Shown here piece by piece: positions 1-9,499 of a stretch of 64,000 bases of DNA (positions within the stretch are counted from its first letter, which is position 1; each line of letters begins with the position of its first letter). The position numbers and the translations under genes are program-made. This DNA comes from Bacillota bacterium (lineage in GTDB: Bacteria; Bacillota; Dethiobacteria; Dethiobacterales; Dethiobacteraceae): positions 10,072 through 74,071 of the forward strand of contig JAAYSO010000105.1 in the NCBI GenBank assembly GCA_012523945.1, in the 5' to 3' direction. The notes under the pieces were generated by a model. That model was not told the origin of the DNA and searched no databases. It saw only the letters and a list, made by a program, of their open reading frames with translations.

Positions 1-1396
1 TGGCCAAATTAAAATAAGTATCCACGCCAATGCCGCCGCAGGCCGGCCATTCATTACCGCAGCCGCCGGGTTCAACACAACCGATAAGTACATAATTTCT
101 GGCATCTTCCAAAGACATGCCCCTGCTCAACAGCGCCGGAATGATGACATCATCATTTTCAAATGTAGGCACACCACCTGCAAGCTTTGTGGTTTCAATG
201 GCTGCTTCCCACAACTCAGGGGGCGTATTTTTATGGATGCGCAGCGCCTGGGGAGGATCATGCAGCAGCAGCCGTCCTGCAGATTGCAGCATCATGAAAG
301 TAACCTCATTGGTGGCGTCTGTGCCGTCAGCCTTGACTCCGCCCAGGGTCATCAACTGGCCGCTGGTATAGCCGGGATTGGCCATGGTAGGACCATAACC
401 CCAAGGTTTATTCATTTCCGCCACTTTCAAATAAAATAAATCCATTAACTCCTGGGCATATTCCGGCGTGATGCGACCGGCTTTAAGATCTGCTTCATAA
501 AAATCACCCAGGTACTGATCGATACGGCCGAAACTAATGCCATGCATATTGGCATCAAGGCACATGCAAGTCTGGTAAAGGAAAATTGTTTGCAAAGCAT
601 CATGGAAAGTGCGGCACGGCTTTTCCATCACCCAATTTAAGGTATCTGCCATGGCTTCCAGTTCTTTTTTGCGTTCCGGGTTCTTTTCTCTTGCCGCCAA
701 TTCAGCCGCCAGTTTAGCATAACGTTTCGTGTAGATTATCATGCCTTCGCAGACAATGGCGATGGCACGGTAGAAATTATACTGCTCGATGGAATCGCCG
801 AAAATCCCTCTTTCTTCAATTTCAGCAATTTTTGCTTCCGCCTCCGCTTTAATGGCGGCAAAGCCTTTGCGGATGGCAGTGTTATAATCAGCACAAAAAT
901 GCCCCACGGGAGCCTGGGCCCAACCCTTTTCATTAAGCATAATCACATTGTTATGCATATGCTTAAAATAACCTTCAGGAATATAAGGAGTCATCTTGGC
1001 ACTCATACATTCTTTCAGCCAGAAATCGCCTGTGCTGAGAATATACTCCTTATCTTCTTCAGAAACTATATAGGGGTCAATATCCCTGGTGGAAATAAAA
1101 CCACTTTTTAGTTCATCAAGGAGCCACTCTATGGAGTTTTCCGGGTAAAGGGCGCAGGCACGGTATTTGGAAGACTGCGCGCCAACAATTACTTCCCCCT
1201 CATCAATTCGAATAGCAATATTTTCACAAATATTCTTAAAATTTTGCGCCCTTTTCAGGATGCCCGTCAGCTCTGGGTGCTGCATATAAAATTCTGTCAC
1301 TAATCTGTAACGTGAAATACAAATCTCCGGCTGCGTTGTGCGATATTTTTCCCGCATTTTCTGCACACGTTCAGTAACAGGTTTTAAAGTATACAT
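1..1396 (-). CDS. Glycyl radical enzyme, PFL2/glycerol-dehydratase-like family (GRE-1); N-terminal ~465 codons only, C-terminus lies beyond the window start
   Basis: Own minus-strand translation (open-ended, so not in the ORF track). ATG at 1396 follows AGGAGGTG. Begins MYTLKPVTERVQKMREKYRTTQPEI. Cys loop LIGCVEPGGCGNEWPACGG is encoded at about 32-88. Alignable by eye with 55093-57546. Confidence 0.85.
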   Translation of the reverse strand, partial: MYTLKPVTERVQKMREKYRTTQPEICISRYRLVTEFYMQHPELTGILKRAQNFKNICENIAIRIDEGEVIVGAQSSKYRACALYPENSIEWLLDELKSGFISTRDIDPYIVSEEDKEYILSTGDFWLKECMSAKMTPYIPEGYFKHMHNNVIMLNEKGWAQAPVGHFCADYNTAIRKGFAAIKAEAEAKIAEIEERGIFGDSIEQYNFYRAIAIVCEGMIIYTKRYAKLAAELAAREKNPERKKELEAMADTLNWVMEKPCRTFHDALQTIFLYQTCMCLDANMHGISFGRIDQYLGDFYEADLKAGRITPEYAQELMDLFYLKVAEMNKPWGYGPTMANPGYTSGQLMTLGGVKADGTDATNEVTFMMLQSAGRLLLHDPPQALRIHKNTPPELWEAAIETTKLAGGVPTFENDDVIIPALLSRGMSLEDARNYVLIGCVEPGGCGNEWPACGGIGVDTYFNLA

Positions 1397-1482
1397 AATC
1401 CACCTCCTGCACAATTAAATCTATACTTTTTCCCTAACTTATACTACAATTAAAACATAACATATACGAAAATATTTGTAAA

Positions 1483-1498
1483 TGTGCACCTTTTCACA
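1483..1498. promoter_or_regulatory. CRP/FNR-family-like binding site TGTGC-N6-TCACA in the divergent GRE-1/activase intergenic region
   Basis: Sequence tgtgcaccttttcaca matches 9 of 10 positions of the TGTGA-N6-TCACA consensus half-sites. It lies between divergent starts at 1396 and 1609. Confidence 0.4.
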
Positions 1499-1537
1499 GA
1501 TTGCCCCGCCAGGTACTCGTGAAAAAAATATCTTAGT

Positions 1538-1555
1538 CATTTACTGCAGTAAATG
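1538..1555. promoter_or_regulatory. Perfect 18-bp palindrome, candidate operator upstream of the activase gene
   Basis: catttactgcagtaaatg is fully self-complementary. It lies 54-71 nt upstream of the ATG at 1609. Confidence 0.35.
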
Positions 1556-1608
1556 CAAAGTTTTGCGGTAAGAAACATGCTATTACAACAAAATCGGGGA
1601 GGAGAAAA

Positions 1609-2562
1609 ATGTCGGAACTTACGGGGAAAATTTTTGATATTCAAGGTTTTTCTGTTCATGACGGACCGGGTATACGTCTCACCATCTTTATGAAAGGCTG
1701 TCCCTTACGCTGTCCCTGGTGTCACAGTCCTGAATCTGTAGCTTTTCACACAGAACTTAACTGGATGGAGATTAAATGTGAGGGCATTGAAAAGTGCGGT
1801 AAATGTCTAAATGTCTGCCCGCATGACGCCATTAAACCGGGTAAAATGAAAAAATCGCTGCAGGATGATACAGAAATTCAACTGGTCACTGTTGATCGCA
1901 GTAAGTGTGATAACTGCGGGGAATGTGCAAAGGCCTGCCCGCCCCAGGCTCTATATCTTTGTGGCACCGATTATACTGTGGATGAAATTATGAAGTATAT
2001 TCGCCGCGATGTGCCCTTTTACCAGCAATCAGGCGGCGGTGTTACTTTTTCCGGCGGGGAATGTCTCCATCAGTATGAGTTTGTACGGGAAGTCTTAAAA
2101 CGCTGTAAAGAGGAAGGCATCCATACCGCCATCGATACTTCCGGTTATGTAGACTGGAAAAATATCGAAGCCATTCTGCCTTATACAGATTTATTTCTGT
2201 ATGATTTAAAAAATCTGAACAGCAAGCTGCATAAAATGGTTATAGGCGTCCCCAATGAAAGGATTTTAGAAAATGCCAGAAAAATAGCGGCTGCCGGCGG
2301 TAAATTTCAGATCCGCATTCCCATTATCCCTAAATTTAATGATTCCGTGAAAAGTTTCAAAGATGCCGGTGAATTTATTTGTGAGCTGGGGGATGCGGTA
2401 GAAGTAGTACAGCTTTTACCTTATCACAATCTGGGCGTAGTTAAATATGAGCGACTGCACCGGGAAGCACCTATCCTGGTAGCAGAACCGCCTGCTGATG
2501 AATTAGTGCAAGCCAGAAAGAAACTGCTGGAAGACATGGGGCTAAAAGTTATTATTCACTAA
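1609..2562 (+). CDS. Glycyl radical enzyme activating enzyme (radical SAM, with two auxiliary ferredoxin-like 4Fe-4S motifs)
   Basis: 317 aa. RBS GGGGAGGAG. Radical SAM motif CPLRCPWC after GFSVHDGPGIRLTIFMKGC. Auxiliary motifs CEGIEKCGKCLNVCP and CDNCGECAKACP. Divergent from GRE-1. Confidence 0.9.
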   Translation: MSELTGKIFDIQGFSVHDGPGIRLTIFMKGCPLRCPWCHSPESVAFHTELNWMEIKCEGIEKCGKCLNVCPHDAIKPGKMKKSLQDDTEIQLVTVDRSKCDNCGECAKACPPQALYLCGTDYTVDEIMKYIRRDVPFYQQSGGGVTFSGGECLHQYEFVREVLKRCKEEGIHTAIDTSGYVDWKNIEAILPYTDLFLYDLKNLNSKLHKMVIGVPNERILENARKIAAAGGKFQIRIPIIPKFNDSVKSFKDAGEFICELGDAVEVVQLLPYHNLGVVKYERLHREAPILVAEPPADELVQARKKLLEDMGLKVIIH

Positions 2563-2591
2563 AAAAGCCCCTAAACCAGGAATAGCAAAAC

Positions 2592-2620
2592 AGCGTGGTG
2601 TATTAGCATCACGCTTTTTT
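2592..2620 (+). terminator. Rho-independent terminator after the activase gene
   Basis: agcgtggtg / catcacgct stem (one G-U pair), 6-nt loop, then TTTTTT. Confidence 0.55.
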
Positions 2621-2713
2621 AAACCAATCGCCTTGGCAAGAGGGTCAAGGCAAAGAGGAGTTGTGCTAAAACTAGGGAAATAATGAGCAAAGCAAGAAAA
2701 TTGCAGAAAGGTA

Positions 2714-4924
2714 ATGAAAGTGCAAAAAATTATCAGCCGGTTAAAAGAAAAAAATAAAACTTCTACCGTTTATGATACACGCTTTTGGCAAATCATGCGC
2801 AAAGGGTGTTGGCTGGCAGCAGGGGCAGCAAGTATTGTGGGCGGCTTGGGGGTGCCCACAGGGCTTGGCCTTTTTTGGGATCTTGTCTTCTATTTTACCC
2901 TTCACCTGGTCCTGTTTTCAGTGGTTACCAAACTTTTCACCCTTTTGCTTTCCTTTCTTCCTTTGCCTGTTCCCCGCTTATTTCTTGGCAGTATGCTTTA
3001 TACAGGTATTTTGGTTTGTTTTTTGCTCCGGTTTGCCCACACCACAATCTTATTTGCCGCTCTCATTGCCGTAGCTTATATGCTTTTAAGTTTTGTTTTT
3101 GGGCTGGTTTTAAACTTTTTTGCCGCGAAAAACATCAGTTTCAAATTTAAGCTTGTCTTTGCCGTCCTTTTGGTAGTGCTTTTAGTTTTCTCTGCCGGTA
3201 AAAATAAGCACAGCCACCTGCCTGGGTTGGATATGGGTGAGCCTTCTCACTATATTTGTGCCGATCCCGGCAGTAATCCCGGCCTGCCGGGGCCCTATAA
3301 ATTCCAGAATTTTACTTACGGCAGCGGTAAAGATAAACACCGCAGGGAATTTGGCCCTGACGTCCAGGTGCTTACTCCTTCCGTAAATGCCTCATTATAT
3401 ATTAAAGCAGAAGAATGGCCGCGCCTCAGGACTTGTTTTTGGGGTTTTACGGAAACTAACCTGCCCCTTAACGGCCGCGTCTGGATGCCGGAAGGAGAAG
3501 GTCCTTTCCCTTTAATGCTGATCGTCCATGGCAATCATACCATGGAGTACTTTTCTGACGCCGGCTACGCTTACCTGGGGGAATTATTGGCAAGTCGCGG
3601 CTACATTGCTGTTTCCGTTGATGAAAACTTTCTCAATTATTCCCACTGGTCAGGTATCCCGGATAATGATATGAAAGTAAGGGCATGGCTTTTAATCCGG
3701 CACCTTTTGCAGTTGCAAACATTCAGCGCTACCCCCGGCAACCCGTTTTACCAAAAAGTTGACTGGCAAAAAGTTGCTTTGGCAGGGCACTCCCGGGGCG
3801 GGCAGGCCGCTGCCATGGCTGCAGACTATAAACGCTGGTTTGCCGATGACCCTTCTCTTGCCGGCTTTGAAAAGGTCAAAGTGCAGGCAGTAATTGCGCT
3901 GGCTCCCACCGATACCACCATTGACGGCAAAAAAGCCAGGCTGCATGATACTTATTACCTGGTGTTGCACGGAGGTCACGATGCAGACGTCAATACTTTT
4001 GCCGGCGATAAACAGTATACACGCTGTGCCTTTTCCCCAGGCTCGGAAAAATTTAAAGCTTCCCTCTATATCGGCCAGGCTAATCACAGCCATTTTAATA
4101 CCGACTGGGGCAGCATGGACAACTCCTTGCCGCAAGGCTTGTTTTTAAATCGCAAAACCATCTTGGCGGCAAAGGCACAAAGGGAAATTACTCAAGTTTA
4201 TGTTTCTGCTTTTTTGGAGCTGGCCCTTAAGGGACAAAAACAGTACCTGCCCCTTTTTCTTGACTGGCGCTGCGGCCAGGACTGGCTGCCTCAAGCCTAT
4301 TATGTCAACCGCTATGAAAGCGGAAAGTTTATTCCTCTAATTACTTTTACAAGCAAGAGCAGTAAAGAAAAATTTAGTTATGGCGTTGTTGCGGAAACAG
4401 ACGGTTTCTCGTATTGCGAAATTGAAGAAGCCCGGGATCGCCGCGGCAAAAGCAAGGGCTTTTCCGGACTGACTCTTGCCTGGGAACAAAATGCTGCCTA
4501 TACGATTCACCTTTCGGAAACTTACCGCCGGCACCGTCTGGCGGAAACACCAAAATTCTTTGTCCTCTCCCTGGCTAATTTGGAAAAAGATCTGGCTACA
4601 GAGCAAAACCGGAAACATACTCCACAGATCGAGTTGGAGCTAACCGGAAATGTAAGTGTCCGGCTGCCACTCTCTGAATTCATGCCTGTTCCGCCACAGT
4701 TTTATACTCAATATACAATTTTGCCTTATTTCGATCAGGTCATAAAAAAAGACAAATATCAAGAAGCGGCAGAAGCAGTTTTTCAAACTTATACCTTGCC
4801 CCTGTTTGCCTTACAAAAAATTAATCCGGATTTCAATCCGGACAGTATAACAGAGATAACATTCCATTGCTACGGGGGCCCCGGCAAAATCATGCTGGAA
4901 AAAGCCGGTTTCAGCTCTCCTTAG
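2714..4924 (+). CDS. Membrane-anchored alpha/beta hydrolase family protein
   Basis: 736 aa. The N-terminal ~170 aa contain several hydrophobic helices. Nucleophile elbow is GHSRGG in VALAGHSRGGQAAA. LMLIVHGNH is a preceding strand typical of the fold. Specific function not recognised. Confidence 0.7.
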   Translation: MKVQKIISRLKEKNKTSTVYDTRFWQIMRKGCWLAAGAASIVGGLGVPTGLGLFWDLVFYFTLHLVLFSVVTKLFTLLLSFLPLPVPRLFLGSMLYTGILVCFLLRFAHTTILFAALIAVAYMLLSFVFGLVLNFFAAKNISFKFKLVFAVLLVVLLVFSAGKNKHSHLPGLDMGEPSHYICADPGSNPGLPGPYKFQNFTYGSGKDKHRREFGPDVQVLTPSVNASLYIKAEEWPRLRTCFWGFTETNLPLNGRVWMPEGEGPFPLMLIVHGNHTMEYFSDAGYAYLGELLASRGYIAVSVDENFLNYSHWSGIPDNDMKVRAWLLIRHLLQLQTFSATPGNPFYQKVDWQKVALAGHSRGGQAAAMAADYKRWFADDPSLAGFEKVKVQAVIALAPTDTTIDGKKARLHDTYYLVLHGGHDADVNTFAGDKQYTRCAFSPGSEKFKASLYIGQANHSHFNTDWGSMDNSLPQGLFLNRKTILAAKAQREITQVYVSAFLELALKGQKQYLPLFLDWRCGQDWLPQAYYVNRYESGKFIPLITFTSKSSKEKFSYGVVAETDGFSYCEIEEARDRRGKSKGFSGLTLAWEQNAAYTIHLSETYRRHRLAETPKFFVLSLANLEKDLATEQNRKHTPQIELELTGNVSVRLPLSEFMPVPPQFYTQYTILPYFDQVIKKDKYQEAAEAVFQTYTLPLFALQKINPDFNPDSITEITFHCYGGPGKIMLEKAGFSSP

Positions 4925-4959
4925 AGAGCGAAACCGGCTTTATTTTGTTTCGTTTGTTT

Positions 4960-6747
4960 CTAAGCTCCGGCACCCAGGAAACGGTATTGTGCCATGTACA
5001 ACTGGTAATAAAGGCCTTTTTGGGCCAAAAGCTGCCTGTGATTGCCCACTTCTTTAATTTCACCGTCATCAATGACAAAAATACGGTCAGCATTACGGAT
5101 GGTGGACAACCTGTGGGCAATGACAAAGGAAGTTCTGCCTTTAAATAATGTATTTAAAGCTTCCTGCACCAGTATTTCCGTTTGTGTATCAATACTGGAG
5201 GTGGCCTCATCCAAAATGAGGATTTTAGGATCAGCCAAAAGCGCTCTGGCCAGGGCAATTAACTGTCTTTGCCCGGCAGATAGTCTGGCCCCGCGTTCAT
5301 TGGCATCCGTCTGGTAACCTTTATCCAGTTTCATGATAAAGTCATGAGCTTTGACGGCTTTAGCCGCCGCAATCACTTCTTCATCTGTGGCATCCAAGCG
5401 GCCGTAACGGATATTATCCATGATACTGCCGGAAAACATGAATGTATCTTGCGTCATAACTCCCATCTGGCTACGCAGGGACTCCAAAGTAACATCCCTG
5501 ACATCATAGCCGTCAATGAGTACCCGGCCATGGATAGTATCATAAAAGCGGCTGATAAGGTTAACAATGGTGGTTTTGCCGGAGCCGGTATGTCCCACCA
5601 GGGCAATTGTTTCCCCGGGTTTAATCCGAAAATTAATATCTTTAAGGACATATTCATCGCCTTCATAAGCAAAAGTCACATGCTCAAAAACAACTTCTCC
5701 CTTGATGGGCGGCAATTCCACGGCATCGGGACTGTTAACTATATCAGGTTCAATATCCATAATTTCAAAAATCCGTTCGGCGCCGGCCAAGTTGGTAATA
5801 AGGTTATTGTAAAAGTTGGTTAAGTTCATAATAGGCTGCCAAAACATACCAATATAGCCGGTAAAGGCCACCAAATCACCAATTAAGATTTCACCGGCAA
5901 TTAACAACCTGGTACCGTACCAAAACACAATAACTGTGCCGATTCCCCAGCAGAGTTCAGCCGTCATACCAAAAGTATTGGCCACTTTAATGGCTGAAAT
6001 AAAAGCATTGGCCACACTATGTGAAAGTTCAGCAAAAATTCCTTCAGTTTTATTTTCCCGGGCAAAACTCTGTACAACCCGAATGCCTGAATAATCTTCA
6101 TGTACATAGGCGCTCAAGTTTGACCTTTTTTTGCGGAAATCCTGCCATCTTTTACGTGATGCCGTTCTGATGATAAAAATGGCAATAGATAAAAACGGCA
6201 GCATAATTAATGCCATCAGGCCCAGTTGCCAGTTAAGCCACATCATTATGGTCACTACGGCAATAAGCATTACTGCTTCCGGAATCAAGTTGGTCACACT
6301 ATTGGTAAAAAGCTCGCCCAGGGAGTTGACATCTCCCATAATACGCGCCAGGATTTTTCCCACAGGGCGGGAATCAAAAAATGTGAAGGAAAGTTTTTGG
6401 ATATGATTAAACAAATCTTGCCTGATTTTCATTAAAATTTTGCTGGACACCACAGACATAGTCATAATGCGATAACGGGAACAAATCATGGAAGCTGCAT
6501 AAATACCTGTCATAACCAGCCCTAAAATAGCTAAACCACGCAGGTTGGCATTGGCAATAAAATCGTTAATTGCCTTCCGCATCAGTAAAGGGCTGACGAG
6601 AGAAACAGTGACAACAACTGCCATTAAGGCCATGACTTTAACAACTTCCATTTTATACGGTTTTAAATAACTAAAGAGGCGAATGACTGTGGTTATATTT
6701 AGCGTCTCCTGCAGCTCTTCATCCTGCCGGAAAGTGTTTCTTGCCAT
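4960..6747 (-). CDS. ABC exporter permease/ATPase fusion, subunit with consensus Walker B (heterodimer partner 2)
   Basis: 595 aa, six-helix TMD plus NBD. Walker A GHTGSGKTT, Walker B ILILDEATS, signature variant LSAGQRQ. Its start abuts the upstream stop (6747/6748). RBS AAGAGGTGA. Confidence 0.9.
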   Translation of the reverse strand: MARNTFRQDEELQETLNITTVIRLFSYLKPYKMEVVKVMALMAVVVTVSLVSPLLMRKAINDFIANANLRGLAILGLVMTGIYAASMICSRYRIMTMSVVSSKILMKIRQDLFNHIQKLSFTFFDSRPVGKILARIMGDVNSLGELFTNSVTNLIPEAVMLIAVVTIMMWLNWQLGLMALIMLPFLSIAIFIIRTASRKRWQDFRKKRSNLSAYVHEDYSGIRVVQSFARENKTEGIFAELSHSVANAFISAIKVANTFGMTAELCWGIGTVIVFWYGTRLLIAGEILIGDLVAFTGYIGMFWQPIMNLTNFYNNLITNLAGAERIFEIMDIEPDIVNSPDAVELPPIKGEVVFEHVTFAYEGDEYVLKDINFRIKPGETIALVGHTGSGKTTIVNLISRFYDTIHGRVLIDGYDVRDVTLESLRSQMGVMTQDTFMFSGSIMDNIRYGRLDATDEEVIAAAKAVKAHDFIMKLDKGYQTDANERGARLSAGQRQLIALARALLADPKILILDEATSSIDTQTEILVQEALNTLFKGRTSFVIAHRLSTIRNADRIFVIDDGEIKEVGNHRQLLAQKGLYYQLYMAQYRFLGAGA

Positions 6748-8478
6748 CTAAATCACCTCTTTCTGCAGGTCATCAAAATCTTTGAACTGCTCGCTGTAAA
6801 TCCTGTAATATTTTCCTTTGCGGCGCAATAGTGACTCATGGGTACCGCGTTCGGCAATGCGGCCGTTATCAATAATTAAAATCTCATCAGCATTTTTCAC
6901 GGCGGAAATCCGGTGTGCAATAATAAATTTAGTTACTTTACGTTTTTCCAATGCCTGCTGGATTAGATACTCCGTTTCCATATCCAGTGCTGAAGTGGCA
7001 TCGTCTAAAATCAGCACTTTACTTTTTTTCAGCAGTGCCCTGGCAATGGAGACCCGCTGTTTTTGCCCGCCGGACAGACCTACCCCCCGCTCACCCACAA
7101 TAGTTTCATAACCGTCTTCCAGTTCCCGGACAAATTCTTCCACCTGGGCATCTGCCACAGCTTCCCGGAAATCTTCTTCCGTAAAACCATCCACCCCAAA
7201 AGTAATATTCTCATAAAGTGTATCGGAAAATAAAAATGTATCCTGCATCACCACGGCAATATTATTCCGCAAGGCATTTAAATCCATTTTTCTGACGTCA
7301 ATACCGTCAACCAGGATTCTGCCTTCAGTGCAATCATAATACCTGCCAATCAAGTTAATTATAGAACTTTTGCCGGAACCGGTGGTCCCCATAATGGCAA
7401 TGGTAGATCCCGGCGGCGCATCAATACTTATGTCTTGCAGCACATATTCATCATGGTACTTAAAAGAAACATCCTCAAAAATAACATGACCTTTAAATTC
7501 TTCCGGGACAATGGCGTCTTCCGGATTAGTGATGGTAGGTTCAATTGCCATAATTTTAGCGATCTTTTTCGCCGAAGCATTACACCTGGCCAGCATATTG
7601 GTTAAAAAGCCTAACAACCGCATGGGCCAGACTAACATCATTACATAGCCGTTAAATTTGACTAGTTCCCCCAAAGTAAGCTGACTATTAACTACAAACA
7701 TGCCGCCCACGGAAATTACCAGCACCAGGACAAAGTTTGAAATAAATTCAATAACCGGGTGATATTTTGACCATATTTTCGCTACATCAATATTGCGTTC
7801 ACAGTAACCTGTATTTTCTTTTAAAAACTTTTTAATTTCATGCTGCTCGCGTCCAAAAGCTTTAACCACGCGTACCCCGGCCAGGTTTTCCTGGGCACAA
7901 GTGTTAAGATCGGCATTTTGATCACTTAAAGCACCAAAGGCGGCACTGATTTTCTTTTCCAGTTTAAAAGCCAGGTACAAAAGCAGTGGCATAATTAAAA
8001 AAGTAACCAGGGCAAGTTTCCATTCCGTGGTAAAAAGCAAAACTGTGGCGACAATTAAATACAAAATTTGTTCGGAGAAAGCGCGCAAGGCAAAAGCCAG
8101 TGTGGTCCAGATTATATGGACGTCTTCTGTGGTTCTGGACATGATTTCACCGGTATTGACGCTGTCAAAGTAAGCAAAGGGCAGCTTTTGTATATGGTTA
8201 AACAAATCCGTCCTGATCTCTACGGAAATTTTTGAACCTGCATAATCAAATAAATAATTCCTCAAATAGCCAAAGACTGCTCTGCCTGCCGTAATGCCCA
8301 AAAAGGCAAAAAGCAGTGCCGTCAATTTTTCATGCATCCCGCCTAAAATCACATCATCAATGATTTTTTGCGAAACAATGGGGTTAAACATATCTAACCC
8401 TACAGCCAAAAACATTGCCAGGACAGGTATAATATACAAAAACTTATACCGCCAAATATACTTAAACAATCGCTTCAT
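6748..8478 (-). CDS. ABC exporter permease/ATPase fusion, subunit with degenerate catalytic site (heterodimer partner 1)
   Basis: 576 aa. Walker A GTTGSGKSS, canonical signature LSGGQKQ. Walker B is LILDDATS, with Asp in place of the catalytic Glu. RBS AGAGAGGAG. Confidence 0.9.
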   Translation of the reverse strand: MKRLFKYIWRYKFLYIIPVLAMFLAVGLDMFNPIVSQKIIDDVILGGMHEKLTALLFAFLGITAGRAVFGYLRNYLFDYAGSKISVEIRTDLFNHIQKLPFAYFDSVNTGEIMSRTTEDVHIIWTTLAFALRAFSEQILYLIVATVLLFTTEWKLALVTFLIMPLLLYLAFKLEKKISAAFGALSDQNADLNTCAQENLAGVRVVKAFGREQHEIKKFLKENTGYCERNIDVAKIWSKYHPVIEFISNFVLVLVISVGGMFVVNSQLTLGELVKFNGYVMMLVWPMRLLGFLTNMLARCNASAKKIAKIMAIEPTITNPEDAIVPEEFKGHVIFEDVSFKYHDEYVLQDISIDAPPGSTIAIMGTTGSGKSSIINLIGRYYDCTEGRILVDGIDVRKMDLNALRNNIAVVMQDTFLFSDTLYENITFGVDGFTEEDFREAVADAQVEEFVRELEDGYETIVGERGVGLSGGQKQRVSIARALLKKSKVLILDDATSALDMETEYLIQQALEKRKVTKFIIAHRISAVKNADEILIIDNGRIAERGTHESLLRRKGKYYRIYSEQFKDFDDLQKEVI

Positions 8479-8493
8479 GTAAATACTCCTCTC

Positions 8494-8604
8494 TTACATG
8501 TGGGGATAAGCTCTTACATACGTAAGAAAACACAAGAAAACCATGGTAACTCCATGGCTTTCCCCAAAGAGTACAAAAGAAGCCAGAGGACCCAACAAAC
8601 CCAT
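8494..8604 (-). CDS. Candidate 36-aa leader peptide upstream of the ABC exporter operon (speculative)
   Basis: Own translation: MGLLGPLASFVLFGESHGVTMVFLCFLTYVRAYPHM. The ATG is embedded in a CCATGG repeat. The stop lies 13 nt before the exporter ATG and overlaps its RBS. The ORF reads through the hairpin at 8538-8562. Its own RBS is weak. Confidence 0.3.
   Translation of the reverse strand: MGLLGPLASFVLFGESHGVTMVFLCFLTYVRAYPHM
8524..8562 (-). terminator. Attenuator-like hairpin plus U-rich tract in the exporter 5' leader
   Basis: Minus strand reads aaagccatgg-agtta-ccatggtttt, followed by cttgtgttttctt. A third aaagccatgg copy upstream (about 8598-8607) could form an alternative pairing. 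Confidence 0.4.
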
Positions 8605-8678
8605 GGCTTTGCTTACTACTGTAAAATTAATTAAACTCCAAGCCTAATGTGTTCTGAATTTTTTTTATCTTCCTTATT

Positions 8679-8707
8679 ATTCTATTTCAGCTAAAGATTT
8701 GTGTCAA
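8679..8707 (-). promoter_or_regulatory. Sigma-A-type promoter for the ABC exporter leader
   Basis: Minus strand TTGACA, 17 nt, TAGAAT. Predicts a leader of about 190 nt. Confidence 0.5.
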
Positions 8708-8872
8708 CTGCAAGTTGCCTGTTACGGTGCAAACTTAACCATATTAAATATTTATGAGTGCCGGGCGGCAAATATGAAAAACGCCTCCGGTTTTTTCAAT
8801 GGTGCAGGCAGATAAAAACAAGATTTACGCAATTTCCCTTCCGGCGAAAATGCCCAGGCCTTAAGCCCGGAT

Positions 8873-9499
8873 TTAAGCATGCTTAAGATTTTTGTAATAA
8901 AAGATTGCCAACTGGGTGCGATCACGCAACTGCAACTTTTCCAGGATCACACTAATATAATTGCGCACTGTGCCCTCACTTAAATATAAAGCTTGGGCAA
9001 TTTCTTTATTAGACAAACCGTTTGCCACCTGTGTTATTATTGCCAATTCTTTTTCATTTAAGTCGTACTCTACTGTGCTTGTTTTATCTGTGCCTAAAGC
9101 TAAAGGCATTTTTGTAATGATCTGATCGCCAAAAACACGCAGCCCCATCTGCACCGCTTTTAAGGAAGGAATTATGCTTTCATAATTTTGTTTTAAAAGA
9201 TAGCCTTTGGCCCCCAAGCGCAAAGCACTGACGATGTAATCATCATCGGAAAATGTGGTAAGAAAAAGAATTTTTGCCTCCGGGTCTGCGGCCAGAATTT
9301 TCTCCGCCGCCTTTATGCCTGTCATCCCTTCCATTCTGATATCCATCAATAAAACATCAGGTTTTGTTTTATGATACAATTCAATAGCCTGCCGCCCGCT
9401 GGTACCGGTGCCCACCACCTGAATTTCAGCGTCAGCTTCTAAAATTGTTTTCAGTGAAGTTACCACCAGCCTGTCATCATCAATAACCAAGACCCTCAT
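8873..9499 (-). CDS. NarL/LuxR-family response regulator
   Basis: Receiver domain MRVLVIDDD...LLMDIRMEGMTG plus C-terminal LuxR HTH (LSNKEIAQALYLSEGTVRNYIS). I prefer the ATG at 9499, which has RBS GGAAGGGATGGAG, over the ORF-track start at 9538. It overlaps the kinase 3' end. Confidence 0.9.
   Translation of the reverse strand: MRVLVIDDDRLVVTSLKTILEADAEIQVVGTGTSGRQAIELYHKTKPDVLLMDIRMEGMTGIKAAEKILAADPEAKILFLTTFSDDDYIVSALRLGAKGYLLKQNYESIIPSLKAVQMGLRVFGDQIITKMPLALGTDKTSTVEYDLNEKELAIITQVANGLSNKEIAQALYLSEGTVRNYISVILEKLQLRDRTQLAIFYYKNLKHA

Noticed and set aside
8708-8872. Terminator for the LuxR-type regulator gene
   Set aside because: Several partial GC stems (ccggaggcg..., cccaggcc...) occur, but none combines a convincing stem with a U tract on the minus strand. 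No terminator is called.
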